Source: an uncultured delta proteobacterium (GTDB lineage Bacteria > Desulfobacterota > Binatia > UBA9968). Taken from it: DNA of 64,000 bases. The notes beneath the pieces are model-generated. The model ran no database searches. It was given only the letters and a program-made list of their open reading frames with translations, and was not told the origin of the DNA. Each line of letters starts with the position of its first letter. Position 1 is the stretch's first letter. Shown piece after piece: positions 43,875 to 55,029 of this stretch. The stretch spans positions 1 to 64,000 of the forward strand of contig CAVUVW010000013.1 of assembly GCA_963745035.1 (NCBI GenBank), written 5' to 3'. The translations under genes were made by a program, and so were the position numbers.

Positions 43875-44858
43875 TCATTTGCCGATTTCCTTCTCCAGCT
43901 GACTTACATATTGCGCATCGATCAGATTATCGGTTACCAGCTTGGCCACGTTGGGATCCGATTTGCCGAGGAAGTCCTTGACTACCCGGACACCGTCGAC
44001 CGCGGGAGATGGAACATCCTTGTATAGGGGCCCGTGAACCCTCCAGGTCTCCTCGAGTGCGGCCGAATCCTTGAGCTGCATGAACTGGGCTAGTCCCTTT
44101 ATCGCCGCGTCTTTGTTGGATTTGTAAATCCGGAGACCTTTTCCCATGGCCGATAGAACTTTATAGACTTCGTTGCCGCGCCGCTGCTGAGTGCTGCGCA
44201 GCACCACGAAGGAGGCGGCGGAGGAGGGGATTCCGAGGCTTGCCAGATCGACCAATAAATTCAGCCCCGCTTGTTTCGCGAGAAGAGTCAATGGCGGCGC
44301 GACAAAGGTCGCCTGCACCACGCCGCTCTTCAGCGCGGCAAAACGCGAGGTTTGAGCGCCGATCTGAATCAAGGCGACATCTTTCTCGGGCGTAAGGTTC
44401 AGCTTCCCGAGCACCGCGCGCGCAAGAAACTCGGTGTAGTCGCCCAAGCGATCGATGGCCAATTTCGCGCCTTTCATATCGGCGGGTGATTTGATCTCCG
44501 GGCTCGTTATCAGCGTGAGGACTTCTTTATCCATCACGCCACCGACAAATTTCACTTCAGCGCCCTGAGCCGCCGCTCGAATCGGACTGGCCGCGGCGAC
44601 AATCATCATCTGCACATCGCCGGCAACAAACGCTTGGGTGATCTGCGGTCCGCCGATATAGACAAACTGCGCGCGGATGCCCTGCTGCTCCAGCAGGCGT
44701 TGCTGTTGAATGAGACCGATAAAGCCATAGGTACCGCCGTTGGATGAGTAGCCGATCGGAAAGTCGGCAAGCGGCGTGGCCGCGTCGGCGCGAAATGGCA
44801 GCGCGCCAAGGGCGACGAGAACAGGGAGCCACGCCAGTCTTTGAGCCGTTCGAAACAT
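43875..44858 (-). CDS. ABC substrate-binding protein, NMT1/SsuA-like
   Basis: Signal peptide, IGYSS, LTPEKDVALIQIG, RFAALKSG, VAPPLT. Confidence 0.85.
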   Translation of the reverse strand: MFRTAQRLAWLPVLVALGALPFRADAATPLADFPIGYSSNGGTYGFIGLIQQQRLLEQQGIRAQFVYIGGPQITQAFVAGDVQMMIVAAASPIRAAAQGAEVKFVGGVMDKEVLTLITSPEIKSPADMKGAKLAIDRLGDYTEFLARAVLGKLNLTPEKDVALIQIGAQTSRFAALKSGVVQATFVAPPLTLLAKQAGLNLLVDLASLGIPSSAASFVVLRSTQQRRGNEVYKVLSAMGKGLRIYKSNKDAAIKGLAQFMQLKDSAALEETWRVHGPLYKDVPSPAVDGVRVVKDFLGKSDPNVAKLVTDNLIDAQYVSQLEKEIGK

Positions 44859-44890
44859 GGGCGTTGCCGGAGTCGGATCCTCGGAATTCT

Positions 44891-45577
44891 CTACGAAGCA
44901 GCGCCCTGCCAGTTTTTGATAAAGCGATCGCATAGCGCATTCTGGCCGAGAATCTTTAGCTGCAAGGATTTCTTGGCCGCGGCTGCCGCCTTGTATTGCA
45001 GCTCGTCGGTCGTCGCGTACTTCTGCAAGACGTAAACACCGAGGTTGGCATGGTCGCCTTCTTCTTCTGCGTGATCTTCGAAGAACTTGATCAGTGAAGG
45101 ATACGGATAGTACTTCACCGTCGCTTCGTGCATGCCCCGGCCCCGGCGCGTGTTGGTCCGTTCGTTACCGAAGTTGTTGGCGGCGGCGACTTCCACGATG
45201 TGGCCGCGTGAGAGCCAGTAGTAGAAATAAGGCGTAGTAAATTCCGGTATCAAAACAGCTTGACGCATCTCCTCGGGGTCGCGCCCCATCTCTTTCGCGA
45301 ATTCCACGAGGTATTCCGGATGCGGCGCTTCCTCGTGCAAATAGGCGATATACTTCTGCTGCACGTCGACATACGGACAGTTCTGAATCCACGCCGCGAG
45401 AATATGCGGGATCTCACGGAGGTAAGCATAGCGTTGCTTCATCAATTCAAAAACTTGCTCCTTGCTCAACTTGCCACTGCACCATGCTTCGAAATAGATA
45501 GATGACGATGCTTCACGACGCAGCGGCTCCAGCTCGCGATCCAACCATTCGACAAACTGTTCACCTGACATGGCCAT
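44891..45577 (-). CDS. Heme-oxygenase-like diiron protein, paralog 2
   Basis: Close paralog of 42099-42766: YLHEEAPH, GNE, DHAEEEGDH. Confidence 0.78.
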   Translation of the reverse strand: MAMSGEQFVEWLDRELEPLRREASSSIYFEAWCSGKLSKEQVFELMKQRYAYLREIPHILAAWIQNCPYVDVQQKYIAYLHEEAPHPEYLVEFAKEMGRDPEEMRQAVLIPEFTTPYFYYWLSRGHIVEVAAANNFGNERTNTRRGRGMHEATVKYYPYPSLIKFFEDHAEEEGDHANLGVYVLQKYATTDELQYKAAAAAKKSLQLKILGQNALCDRFIKNWQGAAS

Positions 45578-45686
45578 CGACAAATCCCTCCGCTGTTGCA
45601 AACACGACGCTTCTATTTCCCTGGATTCCTTTGTACCCACGGGACCAAGGGAAACTCTCGTCTCCGCCGTTCCTCGGGGGTGCACC

Positions 45687-46502
45687 TTAGCTCGCGACCC
45701 TCAACATGATCTCTTCATCGAGCCCCAGTTTATCTATTTCGCTCGCGGCCAGACGCAATTTTTCCCCAAGCATGCCTTGCTCCCTTTTGGTCAACGAGCC
45801 TGATGGGAAGGCGACCGTCAGGGCTGCGACACAAACCCGGTCGTGATTTCTCAACGGTACCGAGATGGCGCAGAGTCCCTTGGTGCTCTCCTCGTTGCTG
45901 GTTGCGAAGCCCCGCAGCCGAACGTTGGCAAGCTCGGCTAAAAATCGCTCGAACGAGGTTATCGTCGTGCTCGTCAAGCGTCTCAGCCGCGCGCCTCTGA
46001 ATCTTCGTTTAACCTCGAGATCGCCAAGCTCGGCGAGCAAAACCTTCCCGGACGCGCTCGCGTAGGCGGCGGCACTAGAGCCCACCTCGACGGTGACTCT
46101 CACCCTGCTGGTTCCGTCCAGTCGCTCGACAAAGATAACCGAAACTCCGTCGAGAACGCTCATAGTTACCGTATGGCCGCTTTCCGAGACGAGTTGGCGC
46201 ATCACGGCGCGCATCTTTGCGCGCCGGTCCACATTCAAATAGCCGGCGCCTACTGAAAAGGCGTTGACGCCGATTTTATAACTCCGCTGCGTGTCATCGC
46301 GCTCGAGAAATCCGTACCGTTCCAGGGTGGCGAGCACCCGGAAGGTCGTCGACTTATTGAACCCGAGTAGCCGCGCGGCTTCGCTGAGTCCGAGCGGCCG
46401 GCCTAACTCTTTGAGCTTGAGCAACAACTGGAGCCCCTTGGATAGAGACGACAGCGGCTTCTCGGTTTGTTTCACCGGTTTGGATGCAGAACTATTAGCC
46501 AT
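45687..46502 (-). CDS. IclR-family transcriptional regulator
   Basis: HTH SLSKGLQLL..KSTTFRVLATL, SASGKVLLA, T.TTIT, RGFA..NEE, AISVP. Confidence 0.94.
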   Translation of the reverse strand: MANSSASKPVKQTEKPLSSLSKGLQLLLKLKELGRPLGLSEAARLLGFNKSTTFRVLATLERYGFLERDDTQRSYKIGVNAFSVGAGYLNVDRRAKMRAVMRQLVSESGHTVTMSVLDGVSVIFVERLDGTSRVRVTVEVGSSAAAYASASGKVLLAELGDLEVKRRFRGARLRRLTSTTITSFERFLAELANVRLRGFATSNEESTKGLCAISVPLRNHDRVCVAALTVAFPSGSLTKREQGMLGEKLRLAASEIDKLGLDEEIMLRVAS

Positions 46503-47007
46503 TATTTTATCCCGCGCCTTCGGCTTTTGAGTTTTAAACCGGCTGTCCCTTTAGTCGCCTCGAGACCTTGTGCACTCCCCTTGACGCGCGGGGTCGCCAC
46601 GCCGACAACACTTCTGCGGTGGGAGGCCGGCCTTCACTCATACTCGCGAGCCGACCCTTCGCCCGGTTGGTTCATTATTATAACCGACGGTTACAAAAAC
46701 TTAGCCCAGCCTTATTGAAAGGGCAGTTTGATGTCAAGAAGCTCAACGAAGAGAAAGTATACTCTTGCGCGATCAGCACGAGCGTGTTTCCGCAAAGAGG
46801 GATGAAGGCCGGAATCTGTCCGCGATGGCTTCGGTAGATTTTCCATGACTGCTCTCTTCCTATGAGAAAAACGATGCCTATCGTCAATCCTCAAGCCGCC
46901 TACAGTTTTGATCGAAAGCCACAACGACAACTAACCTGGCCGAATCGCGTGATCGGAGCACAGGCGATCCCATCGCAGGCTGAGGATAGCCGGGCGAGTT
47001 TTACGGT

Positions 47008-47993
47008 CTACTTGGATGGCAATTCCCGCTTGAGCTTTTCGACGAAGCGCGTGTCGATGATCTCGTCGACGTTCAATTTAGCCACTTTGGGATCGTTCTG
47101 GCCGAGAAAGTCCTTGACCATTTTGATGCCGGCTATCGCCGGCGCAGGGATATCTTGAAAGATTTTGGCGTGGCTGCGAAACATCTCGTCGAGCGCTTCG
47201 GCATCGTTCACCTTCATGAAGCGCGCCAGACTGCGGATCGCCGCCTCCCGATTATTCTTGAACAGGCGCAGCGCTCGGGCGATAGCGCGCAGCACCCCAT
47301 AGACTTCTTTTTCCTGTCGCTCAGCCGTCGACTTCATGATGACGATGGAAGCAGAGGTCGACGGAAAACCCAGGTCGGCCAGGTCGATCAATGAGCGGAA
47401 GCCCGCCTTCTTCGCGATCAACGTCAATGGCGGCGCCACGAAGGTTGATTGAACTTGACCCGTTCGAAGCGCCGCAAAACGGCCCGTCTGCCCGCCGATC
47501 TGCAGGAGAACCACATCTTTTTGCGCTTCAAGACCGAGCGCTCCAAGACTTTGCGAGCGCGAAAATCCGTGTAATCGCCGAAGTCGTCGATCGCCATGCG
47601 GGTACCTTTGAGTTCAGCCGGTTTAGTAATATTTGATCGGCGATCACCGTGAATGTTTTCCTTGTCCGTGACCCCGCCGATAAAGCGCACGTCCGCGCCA
47701 TGAGCCGCCGCGCGAACCGGGCTGGCGCCGGCGACGATGGCCATGCGAATGTCTCCCGCGATCAGCGCCTGAGAGATCTGCGGACCGCCGATGTAGACAA
47801 ATGTCGGTCGGATTCCTTCCTGCTCTAGAAGTTTCTGCTCCTCGATCAGCGGAATGAACCCGTAGGTGCCCCCGAGCGAGGAATAGCCGATGGGAAAGTC
47901 ACTCTGCGCGCTCGCCGCTACAACCGGGACAATACAGGCGCCTACAAGAAAACTATTAAACCATTTGCCTTTGCCAAAGATCCTACCGAGCAT
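47008..47993 (-). CDS. ABC substrate-binding protein, paralog of 43875-44858 (frameshifted)
   Basis: DFPIGYSSLGGTYGFI, FVYIGGPQI, RFAALRTG, VAPPLT. Confidence 0.83.
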
Positions 47994-48150
47994 GACTCCT
48001 CCTGGATGAGAACTTGCTTCCGTCCGGATTGTCGTGAAAAACCCGTCCAACACGGTGCTTTCTACGCGATGTTACGTTGCCAAATTGTGGGGACATTCTT
48101 AACGATGCGGTCCTTTCTCTCTGCCTATTTGCGGGAACGCCGAACCATTG

Positions 48151-49104
48151 TCACGTCCCTAGAGTACTCGGATGAAACATTTCTTCCGGGTCGAACTTAC
48201 GCGCCGTAATACCCTGGCGATGGCAGTACTCGAGCAGTTTGTTCACCTCCCGTTTGGTTTTCCGAAATCCCCAGAGGTATGAATCTTGGCCGGCGATAGC
48301 TTGCTCTTCCTCCCACAAAGCGCGGTACCAGAGCGCGGTCTGATGCACCCGTTGCCACTCGAGCCACTCGTAGCATTTCTTTTTCGACTCCTGCCAGGCG
48401 TTGTACATGCTCATGGCAACCCATGGATCTTTTTCCAGAACGGAGTTTTTTATCAATAGAGTGTGCATGATCGGAAAGAAACCTGTGCGCTTGAAATAGT
48501 CACGCTCCAGGTCTGCGTAGTTCGGAAACAGAAAATCGACATCGGGATGAACGTTCGGCGCCCAGGTCCCGGTGGTGATCGCCGCATCGATGCGCACCGC
48601 CGGCGAGTAGATCGAATTGCTTTTGCTCTTTCGGAACGATTTCTATTTTCAACCAAGCGGGCGGCTTCCAATCGCCGACGCCCGAAACACGGTCTGCCAC
48701 CCAGGTCACCGATTTCGGATCGAGACCGTATTCGTCTTCGAGCAGCCCTCTTGCCCAAACCGCGGTCGTCGTCAGCCAATTCTGTACGCCGATGCGCTTG
48801 CCGTTCAGATCGGCAGGCGACCGGATGCCGGCGCGCTTGTTGATGTAGATATAGGAATGGCGAAACATGCGTTTGACGAAAATCGGAATCGCCGTGTAGC
48901 CGAGGGTTCTATAGTGGAGATCGGCGACGTAGGTGCCGGTATAGAACTCGGCGACATCGAATTCCTTGCCGTCGATCTTCGTCTGCCGTCCCGGGCTTTT
49001 GTTGACGAGAATTCCAGATCGATACCTTCCGGCTTGACCGTCCCGTCGATCAGCGCTCGGGCGCGGTCATATGGACCGCAGGTCATGGATAATATCAAGG
49101 ACAT
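48151..49104 (-). CDS. 4,5-dihydroxyphthalate decarboxylase-like protein, paralog 4 (frameshifted)
   Basis: CGPYDRARALIDGTVKPEG, RMFRHSYIY, DLNGKRIG, TGFFPIMH, PWVA, C-terminus STLGT. Confidence 0.83.
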
Positions 49105-49105
49105 G

Positions 49106-50098
49106 CTAATGAAGTTTGAAAACTCGGTTGAACTCTTTGCCGAGCTGCTCGTACTCTTCGGAGCTCACGTGCATGGTAAAAGTCTTCGCGCCTTTGAGAC
49201 GCGGATTCTTAGAGCCCATGCCGATCCTTCCCGGACTGCGACCTTTGTCCTGCAGCAGCTTTTGACCTTCCGCCGATAGCATGAAGTCGATAAATACTTT
49301 GGCCGCGTTGGGTCGCGGCGCGTTTTTGAGTAGAGAAATCTTGTTGGGATCGCCGCCGACCAGCGGATTCGGCGCCACCCACTGGAGCGGCGCGCCTTTC
49401 TCTGCGTATTCATCGACTCTATGCTGGTACAGCGATACCGCCACAGGAAACTCGCCCGCCGATACCAGCTCGCTGATCAAGAGTGTAGCCCTTGCGAAAA
49501 TTTATCTGTTGATCGGCGAGCCGGCGCCAAAACTCCAAGCCTTTGTCTTTTCCCCGCGCCTTCATGAGCGCGCCGAACAGATAATACTCTTCGGCGTCCC
49601 AACCGAGCTGTCCTTTCCAGCGAGGGTGGAGCAAATCTTCATAATTCTTGGGAGCAACTTCGGCGGAAACGAGCCTGCTGTTATAGCCGATGACATAGAT
49701 CGTCTGATGCAATCCCATGCCGAAACCATCCGAATCGCGCCAATCGGCGGGAAAATTCGCGGCTTCGCTGGATTGATACCGGTCGAGCGAGCCTTTCTCT
49801 TTCAAGATTCCCGATTGAATGCCGCTGACCGCCACGACGTCGCCGAGAAATTTGTTGGCGCGGTGCTCGCTCAAGAGACGGGTCAGTGTTCTCTCGCTGC
49901 TTGCCCTGACGGTTTCGACTTTCAGCGGCGCATATTTTTTCTCGAAAGCTTTGACGACATAGTCGGCATCGCTCGGTCCCCATGAGGTGTAAAAACGACT
50001 CTGCCTTCTTGCTTGGCTTTGGCGAGGTCTTGGGCGAGGCCGGCGCCAAAAAATAACGGCACACTCAGAGCCACTAGGATGCTTGCGGCGCGCCTCAT
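49106..50098 (-). CDS. ABC substrate-binding protein (Fe3+/thiamine-type family), frameshifted
   Basis: GYNSRLV, DLLHPRWKG, GAPLQW, PRPNAAKVFIDFMLSAEGQ. Confidence 0.85.
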
Positions 50099-50111
50099 GA
50101 AACCCCCTTGG

Positions 50112-51091
50112 CTATTTATAGACGCTGCTTAGAAATCCTTCCCGATCCAATTCATCCATCACGCTCGTATCGACGAATTCACGCCAATCGCGCTGTTCTT
50201 TCACCTGCATGAATTCGAGAAACACCGTCGCATCTTCCGGGCCCGGATGAGGAAGTCTGAGGAAATACTTTCAGCCAAAAATCATAGGTCTCCTGAAGAA
50301 TCTTGGGATCGGTTTCCCGCAGATTTTTGCCCAACACTCTGGTGCCGAATTCACGATCGGTGCGAAACCGCGCCAGACCCGCGACAAATGCCCTTCATGA
50401 AATTCTTCACTGTTTCGCGCTGCGACTTGATAAAGGATTGGCGCGCCGTGATCTGGTTGATCGGGTATTGAATGCCGCTGCCCACCAGATCGTAGAGCGG
50501 CCGCAGTCCGAGCTCGCGCGCCCGCAACGTGAACGGCGGAAGCAGCAACGTTCCTTGGACCGTTCCCGCTGCCAGCGACGCCAAGCGCGTGCCGAAGTCG
50601 CCGACCTGCAACATGGCAACATCTTTGTCGGGATCGAGACCCAGTTTTCTGAGCGCATATTGCATCGCCACGTAACCCGAGCCGCCGACGGTGCTCACCG
50701 CGACTCTTTTACCTTTCAATTCGGATGCGTCGCGAATATCTTTGCCGACGTAGAGCGTATAGGGAAATACGCCGACGGTTCTGGCGATGATGACCGTGTC
50801 CGCGCCTTTGAGCCGGGCGTTGACCACTGCGGCGCCGCCGGTGGTGCTGATCTGAATGTCGCCGCCGATCAAGGCGCGCGTCACCGGCTGGCCGCCGGAA
50901 AACTGGATGACTTCGAGATTCTTGATGCCGTACTTCTCGAAGTAGCGGCCTTCTTTCGCGGCCCAGAGCGGCGCCTGCGTGGCGCTGAAGATGGTGCCGG
51001 CGCGCAGCGGTTCTTGCGCGGGGAGCGATGGCAGCGAGAAGAGAATTAGCCGCAGCAGAATGCGAAATGTCGGGAGGGGATTATTGACCAC
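50112..51091 (-). CDS. ABC substrate-binding protein, NMT1/SsuA-like (frameshifted, start uncertain)
   Basis: PLWAAKEGRYFEKYG, LKGKRVAVS, GLDPDKDV, RLASL, PPFT. Confidence 0.83.
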
Positions 51092-51113
51092 GAAGAGCGC
51101 GAAGGATCCGAAG

Positions 51114-51216
51114 TTCCCTCTTGGAAAAACATTTGACTTAGGGGAGATTTTCGTGAATCTTCGTAGCGACTTTGCTGCATGAAGAAATCCCCTGATCCCC
51201 TTTTCCAAAGGGGGAA
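51114..51216. repeat. About 100-bp imperfect palindromic REP/MITE-like element
   Basis: Outer arms ttccctcttggaaaa / ttttccaaagggggaa and inner arms aggggagattt / aaatcccct. Intergenic. Confidence 0.6.
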
Positions 51217-51249
51217 ATTTTGCTGTGGCGAGTTGGTAGCAACAAGTGC

Positions 51250-52732
51250 TTATCCATAGATGGTCTCACGCCATTTTGCTCGGACTTGGTTTTTCAATTC
51301 TTCGCTCGATTCAGCGATGGGTGGAAACTGATGCCGCCGGTCGTAGGGCATGCAGGCGTCGATCAGACAGCGCGAGCTGTGGCCTTTGTTCTCGGGCGGA
51401 ATGCAGACGTCGAGCGAGCCGCTCGCGGCGCGGCGGATGATTTCGACGGCTTGATCGGGGTCGCACCTTGTCGCCATTGCCCAGAGCACGTCGAACTCGC
51501 TCGTCGGATCGATGTCTTCGTCCACTACGACGACGAAGCGTCCGTTGTAGGCGCCGCCGAGAGACTGTGACGCGAGGAAGAGCGCTTGGCGCGAATGGCC
51601 GGGATAGGCTTGTTTGATCGAAATCACGTTGAACAGACTGCCGATGCCGGATTCGAGCGACCACACGCCTTTGACGTTGGGCAGGCCGGCTTTTTCCACC
51701 CGATCCCAAAGTTGCGCGGCGCGAATCATTCCCTTGGAGAGCGAATAATCGGTCGGCGGACGGCCCGGACGCGCGACGCAGAGGATCGGATCGTTGCGGT
51801 AATAGATGCGCTCGATGCGCAGCACCGGCGTGTCTTCCATTCGCGTGCCGTAATAGCCGAGCCATTCGCCGAAGGGTCCGTCGGGTTTGATGTCGCCCGG
51901 ATGCAGAAATCCTTCGATGGCGATTTCGGCATGGGCCGGAAAAGGCAGGCCGGTGACTGGACCTTCGACGAGATCGTAGGGTCGGCCTCGGATGCCGCCG
52001 CAATAGTCGTACTCGGAATAACCCAGCTCGATTGGATTACCCGCCGCCAGAAGCAGCAGCGGGTCCTGGCCGACGCATAAAACAACCGGGCAAGGTTTGC
52101 CTTGCTTGAAATATTTCTCCATGTGCATGCGTCCGTGCTTCCCGGCCGACGACATGAAAAGTCCCACCGATTTCTCGTCGTGCACCATGGCGCGATAAGT
52201 GCCGAGGTTGAGCCAGCCTTCTTCCGGATCGCGCGTGACGGCGATGCAGGCCGTGCCGATAAATCGGCCGCCGTCGAGCTCATGGACTTTCGGCACGGGG
52301 AATTTGAGCACGTCGACGGCGTCGCCCGACATCGTGTTTTCAAACACCGGTCCGGTCTTCACGATCCGCGGCGGCATCGGTTGAAGCTTGTTGAGTTTTT
52401 CTTTGAATCGGCTGACGAGCTTCAGTCCCACGCTGTCCATCGGCAAGCCGGCCATAAGCGCGAGACGGCGATAGGAAGTTTGCTGGCCGAAGAGAATGCG
52501 AAAGCCTTGTGGAGTAGCCTTTGATCTGATCGAACAGCAGCGCCGGGATCGTGCCCGTGCGCTCGCGGTAAATCAGCTCCGCCATGGTGCCGATCTCCAG
52601 GTCCCAATCGGCGCCGTCGATGCGCTTGAGCTCGCCCATCGATTCGACGAGCTCGAGCCATTGCCTGACGTCATCATAAGGCCGCGGCAGATTGCCTTCG
52701 TGCAGCGGCTCGGTTTTTTCCGGAAGCACCAT
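51250..52732 (-). CDS. UbiD-family decarboxylase, paralog 2 (one frameshift)
   Basis: DGGRFIGT, NLGTYR, PAHAEIAIEG, DGPFGEW, VVVDEDIDP, WAMATRCDP. Confidence 0.92.
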
Positions 52733-55028
52733 TCATTTCTCCTCTCGATTCTTTGAGCTGCTCGCGCAGTTTCTCAGCCGACATCGGCAGATCCTTGATG
52801 CGCACGCCGGTCAAGCGCGCGACCGCATTGGCGACCGCCGGCGCGATGCCGAACACGGACATTTCCCCAACGCCTTTGGCGCCGTAGGGCTCCGAATCAT
52901 AATTCTTTTCGACGATAATCGGCGTCGCCGCCGGGATATCGCGCATGGTCGGGATTTTGTAGTCGGCGAAGCTGGCGTTGGTGATCTTTCCTTCGTCGAA
53001 CAGCAAACCCTCCGAGAGCGCGTAGCCGAGTCCCATCATGATGCCGCCTTCGATCTGGCTGGTGACCGCCAGAGGGTTGATGGCTCTGCCGACGTCGTGC
53101 GCCGAGGCGACGCGGATGAGCTTGATCACACCGGTTTCGCGATCCACCGCCACTTCGACCGCCTGCGCGCCAAAGGGCCAGCCTGGCGCGCTGGCGTCTT
53201 TTGTTTGCTTCGACGCATCTTCGGCCCACAGCCGTTTGCTTTGACTGGCGCCGACGCCGACGATTTCTGCTGTTCGCGATTGCTCCAAGAACTGCGGTCC
53301 AAAGTCAACGGCCGCTGGCCGTCAGCGCTGACTTTTCCGTTGGTGAAGCGAATCTGCTTCAATCGGCAAATTCCAAAGTTGCGCTGCTTTCGCCACGATT
53401 TGCCGGCGCGCGTCGAGCAGCGGCGAGCTTTACCGCGGCGCCGACATACGGCGTCACGCGGCTCGAATAGGTGCCGTGATCGAACGGCGTCAACTCGGTG
53501 TCGGCGATGACGACGCGAACTGCGCTGAGCGGCACGTCCAATTCTTCGGCAACGATCTGTCCGAGGCTCGTGCCGGTGCCGCCGCCGACGTCGGTGGCGC
53601 CGATAAACAGTTCGACCTTGCCATCGCCAGCGATGCGCACGCGCGCGTTGGAAGAGGAGGCGGAAGTGGTCGGCGACTTGTGCAGCAGCGCGACGCCGAA
53701 GCCATGATTCGCCGGCGCGCGCTTCTTCCAGCGCTTGAGCTCAGCACCGACCTTCAGCAGACACTCGCGCAGCGCGATATGGTTGGCGCGATCGCCGGCC
53801 GGAGTTTCGTCGCCGGTCTCAAGACAGTTTTTCAGCCGGAGCGCGACGGGATCGATGCCGAGCTTTTGCGAAATCATATCCATCTGCGATTCGCCGGCCC
53901 AGACCGCTTCGGGTATGCCGAGGCCGCGAAAAGGGCAGCCGCGCAGTTTGTTGGTATAGACCAAAGTCGAGCTGACGCGAATGTTGGGAATCTTGTACGG
54001 CCCGACGCCGTCTTTGAGCGCGCGATTGCTGCCGGCCAGTCCCTCGGCATAGGCGCCGGTGTCCCAGGTAAATTCCATCGCGCGCGCCGTGATCGTGCCG
54101 TCTTTTTTGACGCCGGTTTTGACCCGCACCATTGCCGGCACCGAACCGGCGGCGGCAAAAAATTCTTCGGCTCGGCTGTTGACGAGACGCACCGGTTTGC
54201 CGGTTTTGAGCGCGAGCGCGGCGGCATAGGGTTCCAGGCGCATGGCGTTCTTGCCGCCGAAACCGGCGCCGACTTTGCTGCCGATGACGCGAATTTTATC
54301 TTCCGGCAAATCGAACAATTCCGCCAAGCCGGAGCGCACAAGAAAAACTTTTTGCGTGCTGGTCCAGAGCGTCAGGCGATCGCCGTTCCAGTGCGCGACT
54401 ACCGCGTGCGGCTCGAGCGAACAATGCTGCACTTGCTGCGAGCGGAAGGTGTCGATCGAAGATCTCGTCGGCTTCGGCAAAGCCTTGATCGATGTCGCCT
54501 TTCGAGAAAGACGTCTGGTGGGCGATGTTGGTTCCGAATAACCGGATGCCAGTCGCGCGCCGAGGACGGTATTGAGCCGATAGGAGCTTAACTGCTCGTG
54601 AACCAAGGGCGCGTTTTCTGCGCAGCGCCTCATCGACGGTGAGCGCGGCGGGCAGCTCTTCGTAATCGCATTCGATAAGATCGAGCGCCTGCTCCGCGGT
54701 TGCTTCGTCGACGGCCGCAACCGCGGCGATGACATCACCGACGTAGCGCACCTTGTCGCCGGCGAGAAGCTGTTCGTCCTGAACGCCGAAGCCGAAGCGC
54801 TTCGCCGGTACGTCGCCGGCGGTGAGAACCGCCGCGACGCCGTTCAGCGCCCGCGCGCGGCTCACATCGAGGCGGCGAATCTTGGCGTGCGGAACGGAGC
54901 TGCGAAATAACTTGGCGTGGAGCATCTCCGGCAGGGCGACATCTACGGTGTAAATGGCGCGGCCGGTGACGCTGTCGGGACCATCCAGCCGCGGCAGCGG
55001 CTTGCCGACGACCTTGAAGTTGTTTCAC
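52674..55028 (-). CDS. Xanthine dehydrogenase family molybdopterin-binding subunit (frameshifted)
   Basis: VVGKPLPRLDG, RSSVPHA, GAGFGGK, PFRGLG, DVGRAINP, GAKGVGE. Confidence 0.9.
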
Positions 55029-55029
55029 G

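Noticed and set aside
42099-45577. PQQ biosynthesis (pqqC)
   Set aside because: No other pqq genes, and the ligand pattern fits diiron HO-like proteins better.
53476-54591. 371-aa plus-strand ORF and similar long antisense ORFs (e.g. 15247-16599)
   Set aside because: They lie antisense to well-supported genes in GC-rich DNA and have no recognisable motifs.
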